Source: Eledone cirrhosa (Eukaryota). Taken from it: a DNA stretch of 64,000 nucleotides. A program made the translations under genes and the position numbers. The notes under the pieces were generated by a model that was given only the letters and a program-made list of their open reading frames with translations, searched no databases and had not been told where the DNA came from. Below, one piece after another: positions 13,438 to 27,060 of this stretch; within the stretch, counting starts at the first letter, position 1; every line of letters begins with the position of its first letter. Location: assembly GCA_964016885.1 (NCBI GenBank), contig OZ024743.1:31372001-31436000 (forward strand), written 5' to 3'.

Positions 13438-14364
13438 CATATGTGTGTGTTTGTGTGTGTGGGTATGGGGGTTTGTGTGTGTGTTGCGGTGTACACCTAT
13501 ATTATAAATATATAGATTGTCGAGTAGTACAGGTAATAAAAGTTTCTCATGGGTAATTGTAATATTTATTGTCATTAAACGCAGGGGATATATTTGGAAA
13601 AAAATAAAATATCTATCGTATCCTATATTTGATTTGTCGTTTTAGATATCACGTGTAAAATATCATAAAATGAAACAGCTTTGATAACTTAAACAATACA
13701 ATCTTTCCTACATAATCAAATATTTCAAACAAGATTGATGTTTAAATATGATTTTAGATAAGATTATATCATATGGTTGATACCCCTCATTTGATGCGTC
13801 ATTTCATTATTGCGGCAATCTCGTCCATCAGAGTTATATACTCTTAATGATGTAATTGATATATATTTTCTGTATCCAGTATAGCATATATTAGAGTACC
13901 GTGTATTTTAATACTTATATTTATGTCAATTAGGTGAGTAATTAAAACTCGACACCTTTCAATATAAAAGAGCAACGATTTCCAGATGTACATAGATGGT
14001 CATGCATGCTGCATTCATTATTGAGCCACCACTGGGGGACGTATTTGCATATATGTATTTTTTCAGATTTGACTGCTTCATCAAAATTATATATGTTTAA
14101 CTTGAAAGGAAATGTTTGTTAGAATGTTGTCGATTGTTATATATAATTCACATTCAATTCCATATTTTTTATTGTCTCATAATTTCTAACGGGATTGGTT
14201 CTAACGGGATTGGTTTTGCTACTACGTAAATTCTGCTCATAGTCATATTGGTGATATATTGTTTACCAAGATATGAAGGCAAAGTTCACCCCAGAATAAT
14301 ATAAGGCATTCATCAAATATCAAGGTGCTTGTGCAGACTATGCTAATTCTACCATCCACATATC

Positions 14365-14465
14365 GGGTGGTTAGAGAATTGGATTCGCAATCGTGAGGTT
14401 GTTAGTTCGACCGGGCGATGCGTTATGTCCTTGGGAAAGACACTTTTTTTCACGCTGCTCACTGT
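14365..14465 (+). mobile_element. Degenerate tRNA-derived SINE of a second family
   Basis: A-box-like ggtggttagag, B-box-like agttcga, then tgtccttgggaaagacactt. Confidence 0.45.
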
Positions 14466-14962
14466 ACCTGGAGTTGCGACCGATAGATAGTATTAGCAAT
14501 TGGAAAAACCAAAGGAAACACTGTTTCGTCGGTCCGATTTGACGAAACTCGATCGACTATCCACATATGACACTATTCATCGTTCGTGTTATTTGTTTGT
14601 TTTAGTTTTGCTTTTGTTTTATTGTGAATAACGTTTGCTAATTTTTACATTGCATGCCAAAATTGTATTTCGATTATCATTCTTAACTACGTTTGCAGCA
14701 AAAACATTGTAAATATGGGAATCATAAGATTATTCCATTTGCCCTCACAGGTTGCATCCATTAACTAGAAACAAATCATATTAAAAGGCAACTTTCAACA
14801 TTTTTCCTCAGTCATATTACTTACCGATGGTTTGTTATGATATTAACGGTCATTCAAGAGCAGATCGTTTGGCAGACATACCCTATGTTTTAACCATTTC
14901 ATAAAATGTTGTCTACTAATTGTTCCGCAATTTGTTCGGTGGGATTCAATTCTCAACATAAT

Positions 14963-15138
14963 TGTTTCTACTTTTGGCACAAGGCCAGCAATTACCCAGT
15001 GCATTACCGGTACTTTATTTTATCGACCCCATAAGGATGAAAGGCAAAGTTAACTTCGGCGGGATTTGACTCAGAATGGCAAGGGCCGTGACTCTATGCG
15101 TCAAAGCATGGCGTCCGACCCTCTACCGGTACTGCCAA
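14963..15138 (-). mobile_element. SINE copy with 12-bp target-site duplication
   Basis: Reverse complement of the 9686 family. TSD tctcaacataat at 14951-14962 and 15139-15150. Confidence 0.85.
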
Positions 15139-16064
15139 TCTCAACATAATGTATTTTGGCCAGACATCGATTTTGAAGCATATATATCTGTTAAAAAATC
15201 GTTGAAATGTCGTGTTTTTTCTAAATCCTGTAGTTTAGTGAACATATTAAATCCTATAGTATACTAAAGATATTTGGCAGATATCAAGTGTCATTCCCAA
15301 TTCACTTGTACATTTCTCGAAATCTTTTAAGATTGTTATGTAAATATGTTTTGATAACAATATATTACTTCTTTAGCAACAGCTTGAGAATAGTATTTGA
15401 CTGGCTCACAAAAGAATCAATATACATTAGAGAAATTAATTCCTAACTTCGTCTGACAATTACTCGAAAGATTATTTATGTTGTGAATTATTCCGTTCAT
15501 TCCATATGTTAAAACACTCGTTAAAGTCTATATAAGTTTTTAAAAAAAATTAGAATGATAAAAGCTGTATGTTGTGTGATTTGCGACGTTAAAACTTAAT
15601 TAAATATTTGCCATTATATTTCTGTCAATTTAGTTCTATTCGATACGTCACACATTTTAAAAGATATTCACAATTTTCTTCTATTCTATTTCATCTGTCT
15701 TCTTCAAATATCTCTAGTAATGTGATTGTTCAGATCAACACAAAATGGTAGACAGAATAAGTATATTTTCCACAAGAGATAGGCGCCTCTTCAACATGTA
15801 TATTGTAAGCAAAGCTTTTCACATGTTGGATATATTATCTTTATAGTTGTTTAGGACTTGTACATCATATTTAAAAATGCGTCATGACATTGTTATTGAT
15901 TTTGACCTTTTAACATCATCAGCTGTAAAACTCTGAATTAGGTGCATAATACTAGGCTGGATTTTAACCAAGTATTTTATCTCTAATCTATTCCAAACTA
16001 CAATAGTACGTCTCATTGTATATAGAAATGAATATATTCCTTAATATCATTTATGAAACTTATT

Positions 16065-16100
<36 letters not shown>

Positions 16101-16160
16101 TTATTTATTTTAAAACATATTGGTGTAAACCACAAGTTGCGATATATTAGTAAAAGGAAA

Positions 16161-17629
16161 ATCAAACTCAATCCCAAAGTGTTCTTTTCATTTGCAAAAA
16201 AACACAAAATCACTGGCTCTACTGTTGGCCCTCTAATTGATGAAAATGGCACTCTTCAAGACAATGCTAAAACCATGGGTGAGATACTGCAGAAACAATA
16301 CTGCTCTGTTTTCAGGAATCCTGATATGGCCGATCTGGGCTGTATCGGCGATGTTACACCCCATTACACCTTATCGGACATAACGTTTGGCGCCCCTGAT
16401 GTCTTAGCGGCAATAAAGGAAATCAAGCATAATTCAGCAGTAGGTCCCGATAGGTTCCCTGCTTGTGTCTTGAAGGCGTGTCAACACCAACTTGCATCTC
16501 CTCTTGCCAATCTGTGGCGGAAATCACTGGATGCTGGATATGTGCCAGAAAACCTTCTATCCCAGTCTGTTGTCCCAGTTTTCAAAAAAGGAAACAAATC
16601 CCTTGCCGTGAATTACCGTCCAATCTCACTCACCTCTCATATCATTAAGGTATTTGAGAGAGTGGTGAGATCGCGAATGACCCACTTCCTTGAGAGTAAC
16701 AATATGCTGAACTCCAACCAGCATGGATTCCGTAATGGAAGGGATTGCCCGACGCAGCTACTGCATCACTTTGATGACATTTTGAGAGCATTGGGAGAGG
16801 GTTCCAACACTGATGTTATCTACCTTGATTTCAGCAAGGCTTTTGACAGGGTTGATCATAACATTCTACTGAGAAAGCTGTCCAATATTGGTGTCACTGG
16901 AAAGCTGCTGCAGTGGATCAAGAGCTTCCTGTCAAACAGAACCCAACATGTTGTAGTTGAAGGAGTCAAATTCAGCCCAGCCAAAGTCAGTAGTGGGGTC
17001 CCACAAGGCACTGTGTTGGGCCCACTTCTCTTCATCATCTATATTAATGACATCACTGACATCATCAAACACAGCAACATTAACATTTTCGCTGATGATT
17101 CCAAGCTCCAAAAGGTCATCAATGGCGTGGATGACCGGATAAGCATTCAGTCAGACCTACTGGCTGTTACCCAATGGGCGGAAAAGAACAACATGTTACT
17201 GAACGAAGACAAATTCGAACTGATCCACTTTGGAAAAGAGGATGCTCTGAAACTCCCGTACTCCCTTCCCTCCGGGGAAACTCTCGTGGCATCTAACAAC
17301 ATCAGAGACTTGGGAGTAACCGTGGACAGCAACATAAGCTGGGCCACGCATATAAGCAGCAAAGTTGACATGGCCCGCAGAAAGTGTTCCTGGATCCTCA
17401 GAACCTTCCAGTCGAGAGATTCCCACACCATTATCCTTCTCTTCTCTACTTGTGCCCGACCACACCTTGAATACTGTTGTCCACTGTGGTCTCCGCAAAC
17501 AGTAATTCTCTTCTCGAATGGGCCATGGTGCCCAAATCCTGAATTGAAAGACTTCGCCAGGTGGTGCTATTAAGTTAGACATTGCCTGGGCCAATACTGG
17601 CCAAAACATTTCAAAGTTATTCAAAGTTA
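16161..17629 (+). mobile_element. CR1/L2-group LINE family 1, 5'-truncated, with internal deletion
   Basis: RT motifs NYRPISLTS, NQHGFR, YLDFSKAFDRV, GVPQGTVLGPLLF, FADD, PHLEYC. Tail (ttcaaagtta)2 then (TA)n. It lacks 433 bp relative to the 20170 copy. Confidence 0.92.
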
Positions 17630-17647
17630 TATATATACATATATATG

Positions 17648-17682
<35 letters not shown>

Positions 17683-17695
17683 GTATATATATATG

Positions 17696-17730
<35 letters not shown>

Positions 17731-17743
17731 GGATATATATATG

Positions 17744-17816
<73 letters not shown>

Positions 17817-17957
17817 GTATATATATATGTATATGTATATATATATATATGTATATATATATATGTATATATATATATGTGTATATATATATATATGTAT
17901 ATATGTATGTATATTTATATGTATATATGTATGTATGTATATATATATGTATATATG

Positions 17958-18023
<66 letters not shown>

Positions 18024-18070
18024 TATATGTATATATGTATATATAGAATATATATACATATATATATATA

Positions 18071-18449
18071 TCAGAATTCTAGGGGAAGGAAAACTCTGAT
18101 ATAACACCTGCAACCCTGATGGTATCCAATGATGTTGACTTGTTCTTCTTTTTGGTAAATATCATCTTGGTTAAGAGAGTGGGACTGGCTTTGTCAGTGC
18201 CTTTGCTCACTATAAAAGCTTCACAGCACAGGCATTGCTTTATATCTGGAGATCTCTCTGCACTTGTCATCACATGGTACCATGGGCCCTGCACTATGTG
18301 TCAATAATGGTCACAGGTGTAGTCTTTGTACCAGAGTTTTCAAGTCGCTGGCTGGACTAAAATGTCACATTCGTTCAGCGCATCGGTAGGGGTTCACCTA
18401 CATGGATATAAAGTAGTGGCCGTACTCGAAAACGAGTTGGCAGCCACCA
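18071..18449 (+). mobile_element. 3' end of an RTE-type LINE with a C-terminal C2H2 finger
   Basis: From ~18318 the plus strand reads CSLCTRVFKSLAGLKCHIRSAHR*, followed by a short UTR with hairpin ctcg-aaaa-cgag and then (TA)n. Confidence 0.55.
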
Positions 18450-18485
<36 letters not shown>

Positions 18486-18507
18486 TATATATATATATGT
18501 ATATATT

Positions 18508-18558
<51 letters not shown>

Positions 18559-18564
<6 letters not shown>

Positions 18565-19121
18565 TAAATAGAAAATATGAGTGGAACAGCAACATCACAA
18601 CTTACAATTAAGGACAAAATGAAAACACGCACACACATAGAACAAACAACTTACAATTGAAAACACACACAAAATGAAAACACACACAAGACAAAATGAA
18701 AACACACACACACACATAGAACAAACAACCAACCAACAATAAATAAATAAATAAACAAACAAATAGAAAAATATAAATAGAAAAATAGAAAAATGAACAC
18801 AAACACACACAGACACCCGGATGTGGCGCATGCGCAAACTGAGCACGCAACCCACACACAAACAAAATGACGTAGGATAGAAGAAAGGAAAGGCACAGAA
18901 ACGAAGAAAGAAATCCCCAGTCACTAAAGAGGTCACAGAGTGTGTGACGAAAGAACTATGACTATATATATATAAACAACTATCTGGTTGTGGAACCAAC
19001 CAACCAACCAGAAATTTATAAATTTGTAAATTTATATATATATAATAAATTAAATTGAAGTGAAAGCAATTGGTGCGTGTGTTTCTTATTGGCAACATGA
19101 CCCTCCCAAAGTATAACAATA
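18559..19121 (+). mobile_element. PLE family A 3' arm without tail
   Basis: Starts at [16 protein letters not shown]. Hammerhead variant at 18919-18963 (agtca-CTAAAGA...GAAAgaacTA-tgact). Ends at cccaaagtataacaata|(TA)n. Confidence 0.9.
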
Positions 19122-19131
19122 TATATTTATG

Positions 19132-19162
<31 letters not shown>

Positions 19163-19201
19163 TTATATATATGTATATATATATATATATATGGATATAT
19201 G

Positions 19202-19253
<52 letters not shown>

Positions 19254-19259
19254 TGTATG

Positions 19260-19367
<108 letters not shown>

Positions 19368-19403
19368 TGTGTGTATATATATATATATATATACATATGT
19401 ATG

Positions 19404-19536
<133 letters not shown>

Positions 19537-19560
19537 ATATATATATATATGTGTATATTT

Positions 19561-19598
<38 letters not shown>

Positions 19599-19612
19599 AT
19601 ATATATATATAC

Positions 19613-19643
<31 letters not shown>

Positions 19644-19693
19644 TATATAAATGTATATATGAATATATATGTATATATATATATATATATATA

Positions 19694-19836
19694 TAACTTT
19701 GAATAACTTTGAAATGTTTTGGCCAGTATTGGCCCAGGCCATGTCTAACTTAATAGCACCACCTGGCGAAGTCTTTCAATTCAGGATTTGGGCACCATGG
19801 CCCATTCGAGAAGAGAATTACTGTTTGCGGAGACAT
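19694..19836 (-). mobile_element. Solo 3' end of LINE family 1
   Basis: Nearly identical to the reverse complement of 17489-17629; flanked by (TA)n on both sides. Confidence 0.9.
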
Positions 19837-19871
19837 ATATATATATATATAAATGTATATATGTATATATA

Positions 19872-19904
<33 letters not shown>

Positions 19905-19909
19905 ATATA

Positions 19910-19942
<33 letters not shown>

Positions 19943-19957
19943 ATATGTATATATATG

Positions 19958-20022
<65 letters not shown>

Positions 20023-20031
20023 ATATGTATA

Positions 20032-20120
<89 letters not shown>

Positions 20121-20121
20121 G

Positions 20122-20156
<35 letters not shown>

Positions 20157-20169
20157 ATATATATATATA

Positions 20170-22665
20170 TAACTTTGAAAAGTTTTGGCCAGTATTGGCC
20201 CAGGCCATGTCTAACTTAATAGCACCACCTGGCGAAGTCTTTCAATTCAGGATTTGGGCACCATGGCCCATTCGAGAAGAGAATTACTGTTTGCGGAGAC
20301 ATATCCGGGTGTGGGTGGTTTGTCCGGGATTACTTGGAGGAATTTGTCCAAAGACTTCTTGAATTTTGTATGGTCAGTTTCTGATTTGACGTGTCCTGGT
20401 GTGATTTTGAAGAGAGCAAGGCCGATTGAGCTGAAATAATTGTGCCGTATTGTTGTTATGAGTTGCGATTTAGATTTTTGTATGGGACGGATAGCACGGG
20501 GCCCAAGCCTTGGGTGTATCTTGAAGGCGATGCCAACATCATTTGGGCAGTGATGATGGAACATTTTCCACATCATGCAGATAATATAACGCTCGCGGCG
20601 ACGTTGGAGTGAGTAAAGTTTCAGCTTTTCTAGTCGACCCCAGTAGTCAAGGTCTGACATGCCATCTATCTTTTTTGTTATTGCCCTTTGAGGAGCTTCA
20701 AGATTCATTATACTTTGTTTCGTGTGGGGAGACCACAGTGGACAACAGTATTCAAGGTGTGGTCGGGCAAAAGTAGAGAAGAGAAGGATAATGGTGTGGG
20801 AATCTCTCGACTGGAAGGTTCTGTGGATCCAGGAACACATTCTGCAGGCCATGTCAACTTTGCTGCTTATATGCGTGGCCCAGCTTATGTTGCTGTCCAC
20901 GGTTACTCCCAAGTCTCTGATGTTGTTAGATGCCACAAGAGTTTCCCCGGAGGGAAGGGAGTACGGGAGTTTCAGAGCATCCTCTTTTCCAAAGTAGATC
21001 AGTTCGAATTTGTCTTCGTTCAGTAACACATTGTTCTTTTCCGCCCATTGGGTAACAGCCAGTAGGTCTGACTGAAGGCTTATCCGGTCATCCACGCCAT
21101 TGATGACCTTATGGAGCTTGGAATCATCAGCGAAAATGTTAATGTTGCTGTGTTTGATGATGTCAGTGATGTCATTAATATAGATGATGAAGAGAAGTGG
21201 GCCCAACACAGTGCCTTGTGGGACCCCACTACTGACTTTGGCTGGGCTGAATTTGACTCCTTCAACTACAACATGTTGGGTTCTGTTTGACAGGAAGCTC
21301 TTGATCCACTGCAGCAGCTTTCCAGTGACACCAATATTGGACAGCTTTCTCAGTAGAATGTTATGATCAACCCTGTCAAAAGCCTTGCTGAAATCAAGGC
21401 AGATAACATCAGTGTTGGAACCCTCTCCCAAGGTTCTCAAAATGTCATCAAAGTGATGCAGTAGCTGCGTCAGGCAATCCCTTCCATTACGGAATCCATG
21501 CTGGTTGGAGTTCAGCATATTGTTACTCTCAAGGAAGTGGGTCATTCGCGATCTCACCACTCTCTCAAATACCTTAATGATATGAGAGGTGAGTGAGATT
21601 GGACGGTAATTCACGGCAAGGGATTTGTTTCCTTTTTTGAAAACTGGGACAACAGACTGGGATAGAAGGTTTTCTGGCACATATCCAGCATCCAGTGATT
21701 TCCGCCACAGATTGGCAAGAGGAGATGCAAGTTGGTGTTGACACGCCTTCAAGACACAAGCAGGGAACCTATCGGGACCTACTGCTGAATTATGCTTGAT
21801 TTCCTTTATTGCCGCTAAGACATCAGGGGCGCCAAACGTTATGTCCGATAAGGTGTAATGGGGTGTAACATCGCCGATACAGCCCAGATCGGCCATATCA
21901 GGATTCCTGAAAACAGAGCAGTATTGTTTCTGCAGTATCTCACCCATGGTTTTAGCATTGTCTTGAAGAGTGCCATTTTCATCAATTAGAGGGCCAACAG
22001 TAGAGCCAGTGATTTTGTGTTTTTTTTGCAAATGAAGAGAACACTTTGGGATTGAGTTTGATCTTCTCAATGGCCCAGGCCTCTTCAGCTCTTATCTGAT
22101 TGTTGATGAGGGACATTATGTTGTTTTGGAGGTTATGTTTTTTTAATCTCTAGTGATGAAATGGCAGTCAAGTTGATGTGTTGCTGCTGAAAGTATTTCA
22201 GCTTGTTGATTTTTTTGTTCGTTCTCTTAATTTTTCTGATGAGCGTTTTTCTATTTCTAGGGATTCTGCTCTTAGATTTGTTTATAGTTCTTAATGGGGT
22301 GTGTTTTGCACATATGTTTGTAACAGTGTCCACAAATGTCTGCCAGGACTTTTTGATGTTAGTGGGTGTATGAGTGTGCGTGAAGGACCAGTCGACATGT
22401 GCAAGATCATGACTGGTCACTTCCCAGTTTGCATTGAGGAAATCCATAGCGTCAAACGGATGGACAGGAGAGATGATTTTGGGTTTGTATATTGGACGGT
22501 GGAATCTCAGATCACAGAGAACCATGTCATGATCAGAGAGTAGAGTTTTCTCCACTGCAATATTGTGGATATTGTCAGTGTGATTGCTGAAAATTAAGTC
22601 TAGGACGTTTTTGTGGCACCTCGTTGGTTCGAGCACCAGTTGGGATAGGAAGAAATCATCCATGA
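20170..22665 (-). mobile_element. CR1/L2-group LINE family 1, longest copy (APE C-terminus plus RT)
   Basis: ORF 20247-22070 is an RT ending LQRRRERY...PDKP...NSL. Upstream of it, LDLIFSN...SDH endonuclease motifs are separated by a stop and a frameshift. Both ends lie in (TA)n. Confidence 0.93.
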
Positions 22666-22695
22666 TATATGTATATATGTATATATATATACATA

Positions 22696-22775
<80 letters not shown>

Positions 22776-22888
22776 TACATATATATGTATATATATACAT
22801 ATATACATATATATGTATATATATACATATATACATATATATGTATATATATACATATATACATATATATGTATATATGTATATATAG

Positions 22889-22953
<65 letters not shown>

Positions 22954-23072
22954 TACATATATATGTATATATATATATATATATATATACATATATACAT
23001 ATACATGTATACATAAATATGTATATATGTATATACATATATATGTATACATATATATGTATAAATTTATAC

Positions 23073-23189
<117 letters not shown>

Positions 23190-23247
23190 TATATATGTAT
23201 ATATATATACATATAAATATATATGTATATATATATAAGTATATATG

Positions 23248-23287
<40 letters not shown>

Positions 23288-23291
23288 AGTA

Positions 23292-23327
<36 letters not shown>

Positions 23328-23330
<3 letters not shown>

Positions 23331-23427
23331 CGAAGGAAATGTGGTAAGGAGCCAGGTGGACCATAACGCACCAAAGTACTCAATACTTGAAGTAGTAGAG
23401 TGGGTAATAGGAACCAGTAAGACCCCA

Positions 23428-23428
<1 letters not shown>
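23328..23428 (-). mobile_element. Solo terminal fragment of the element at 52270-52459
   Basis: Reverse complement aligns with 52363-52459 (gttcctattacccactctacta...ccacatttccttcgtta). Confidence 0.85.
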
Positions 23429-23480
<52 letters not shown>

Positions 23481-23587
23481 GTATATATAACTTTGTATAA
23501 ATATATGTATATATATATATATATGTATACATTTATACATATATATGTATATACATATATACATATTTATGTATACATGTATATGTA

Positions 23588-23625
<38 letters not shown>

Positions 23626-23631
23626 TATGTA

Positions 23632-23718
<87 letters not shown>

Positions 23719-23769
23719 ATCTATACATACATATATACATATATATGTATATATGTATATATATACATA

Positions 23770-23862
<93 letters not shown>

Positions 23863-24137
23863 ATCTATATATACATATATACATATATATGTATATATGT
23901 ATATATATACATATATATGTATATATGTATATATATACATATATATGTATATATATACATATATATGTATATATGTATATATATACATATATATGTATAT
24001 ATATACATATATATGTATATATGTATATATATACATATATATGTATATATGTATATATATACATATATACATATATATGTATATATGTATATATGTATAT
24101 ATATATATACATATATACATATATATGTATATACAAA

Positions 24138-24187
<50 letters not shown>

Positions 24188-24487
24188 ACATATATATGTA
24201 TATATGTATATATATATATATATATATATAGTTTTGCGAGGTTTTTTATATGAAATCGTGTGTCGAAACAGATATTGTTATACTTGGGGAGGGTCATATT
24301 TGCGTAGTATTGCCAGAATTAATAACAGAACACACTCACTGTTTGGTTGGTTTTCGCTTCTCGCTGTCTTTTATTATATCTGCGATCTAACTTACTCGGT
24401 CCTCAATGTTGCCATTGACTGACCGGCGGTCAAAAAAATACAGATACAATATAGACACAAACACATATATATATATTTTACATAATT

Positions 24488-24530
24488 TAGATAAATCTTT
24501 CGTTGCACATCTGCAACATCGTCAGTGGTG
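24488..24530 (-). ncRNA. Hammerhead ribozyme motif (PLE family B)
   Basis: Minus strand CTGACGA-t-gttgca-gatg-tgcaac-GAAA-gatt-TA; stem I is weak. Confidence 0.6.
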
Positions 24531-26477
24531 TTATATTCATTGTTCCTCCTGTTGTGTTGTATGTCTACGCCATTTTTTATTCAGTCTGTCCATATATTAT
24601 TTATTTATTTGCTTGTTTGTTTATCTTATTTTATTTTGTCTTCTTTGCGCATGCGTTTGCGTGTGTGTATAGTGTTATGTGTGATGTGTGACTAGTGTGT
24701 ATAGTGTTGTGTCTGCTGGGTGACTAGTGTGTGTTTATGTGCTTGTTGTTATTGTGCTTGTGTATGTATTTATTTATCTTATTTTATTTAATTTTATTTA
24801 CTTATTTATACTTCTCTTAGGTCAGTGTTGTTTGTTTGGGTGTTGTTGTTGTTCCACTCATTCTTTCTGTTTAGCATTGGTCTTCTAATTTCTATTTCAC
24901 TGGCCTCTCTGATTTGCCTATCTGCTGGGTCATTCCTATGTTTAGATATTATTCTAATTTCTATGTTGTCTATGTTACCGTCATGTTGTTGTCTAGCATG
25001 TTCGTATAGTACTGACCCGTTTTATCGTCATTTTAGTTCCCCCCAGTGTTGGTCTATCCTTTCACCTATGCTACGAGCTGTCTCACCTATGTATGTTGTT
25101 GTCATGTTTCTGCAAGTACCCTCTGTACATCTTATGCTATAGACTACGTTTCTAGTTTTACAATTTATCCGGGGTTTCACCTTACATATGATACACTTCC
25201 TATTGGTATAGTGGGTTTTCTTAAAAGGGTAGGTTTTGCTGATCAGGGATTTTATGGCGGTTGCTGGCTTTTCTACCACCTTTATTGTTAAGTGGGTCTT
25301 TCTCAGGGCCTTTCTACACTGGTTAGCTAATTTCCCTCCAGGGGTGGCGTCCACAAACATGACACTCTGATATCTCTGGTTGTCGTACCATGATGTGGCC
25401 TTCCCTATCTTATGTCTAGCCCTATCTAAGCTATTCCATGATTTGCTCCTGTATAGTGGGCAGATTCCTTTCATGTCCAGTTCTATGAGGGTCTTATACT
25501 TTTCCATGGCTCCTTCGTATACTCTGACTCTGTCTCTTTGGTTGTAGCCAGAGAACTGCATGCGGTTGATGAAGTGTTGGATGTGTCCTTCCATTTCTGT
25601 TGGGTCGCACATGCTGGACACATTCTTCATCACTCGTACCAAATCTGCGATCAGAATATTAAACTTAGCACTACTGGACATTGCTGAGTTTTTGAGTATC
25701 AGGTATTTGGAGGCCATGGGTTTAGCATAGTGTGAGTGGAGAATTTGGGCTCTCTCGTCTATAGTGTTAATCCAGAGTTATGTGTCTAATACAGGTAGTC
25801 TATTGTTAGGGTGTTTGGAAGGGAAGTCTATAGTTACAGTTATACTCTGGTGTATGGAATTAGCTATCTGCTGGATGCTTTCCATCGTGCTACGTTCTAA
25901 ATCAAACTTGTTAGTGCTCTCTAGTGGGGATGTTCTTATAACTATATTGATATCATCTACATAACGAGAGTACATGATGAGGTCTATGGAGCTTTCATTA
26001 AGGAGATCTTTAAGTCTCCTTTCCCACCATACCATGAAAAGGTTGGCAACATCACCAGCTATGCTGACGCCGATGGCTGCTCCCTCATTTTGGGTGTAGA
26101 TTTTCTCATTGAACTTAAATATGTGGCCCTTTAGGGTAGTTTTGATACTAGCCCCTATTGCATGTGCGACCATTTTTCTTACCTGATCAGTGTTTTGGGG
26201 GGTCTGTATGGCTTTGGTCCACCCAATCCACCTTCCTATGGGAGTCTTTTTAGCCATTGAGGTTATGGTGGGGGGTCTACCTCTTATAGGTCTACTAGGG
26301 CAGAAACATCTAAGGTCATGGCTGTCTAGGTAGTCAGTGTCGTAGGTAAGTCTAAGTAGGAGGCCCAGTTCGTCTGTGTCGACGTCGCAGAACTCCACCT
26401 CACTCTCAATGATCATCTCCACACATCTTTTCACAGCAAAATTTTTGCTGTGAAAAGATGTGAAAAGATGAATATAA

Positions 26478-26520
26478 CACCACTGACGATGTTGCAGATG
26501 TGCAACGAAAGATTTATGTA
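26478..26520 (+). ncRNA. Hammerhead ribozyme motif (PLE family B, inverted arm)
   Basis: CTGACGA 26483-26489, stem II gttgca/tgcaac, GAAA 26507-26510; stem I is weak. Confidence 0.6.
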
Positions 26521-26737
26521 AATTATGTAAACTATATATATATATATGTGTTTGTGTCTATATTGTATCTGTATTATTTTTGACCGCCGGTCAGTCAATG
26601 GCAACATTGAGGACCGTGTAAGTTAGATCGCAGATATAATAAAAGACAGCGAGAAGCGAAAACCAACCAAACAGTGAGTGTGTTCTGTTATTAATTCTGG
26701 CAATATTACGCAAATCTGACCCTCCCCAAGTATAACA

Positions 26738-26771
<34 letters not shown>

Positions 26772-26936
26772 GTATATATGTATATATATATATATACATA
26801 TATACATATATATGTATATATGTATATATATATATACATATATATATGTATATATGTATATGTATATACATATATACATATATATGTATATATGTATATA
26901 TATATACATATATACATATATATATATATATATGTA

Positions 26937-26970
<34 letters not shown>

Positions 26971-26972
26971 TA

Positions 26973-27027
<55 letters not shown>

Positions 27028-27060
27028 GTGTATATATGTATATATATATATATATGTATA

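Larger units (their letters stand above)
24231..26740 (-). mobile_element. Penelope-like element family B (Naiad-like), 5'-truncated, with inverted 3' arm 26468-26740
   Basis: RT with GAAIGVSIAGDVANLFM, RYVDD and LPVLD, then GIY-YIG YIGETARSIGER...LNRKNEW with three in-frame stops. 26468-26740 is the reverse complement of 24273-24540. Confidence 0.92.

Noticed and set aside
18079-18348. ZZ zinc-finger-like host exon on minus (CDH...QGPWYH...CLCC)
   Set aside because: It contains a stop and incomplete ligands; the plus strand is better explained as an RTE 3' end.
25022-25030. In-frame TGA in the family B PLE as possible selenocysteine (reported for some Naiad PLEs)
   Set aside because: It is not at a conserved Cys position, a TAA follows two codons later, and the linker cysteines use ordinary codons; it is more likely CGA-to-TGA decay.
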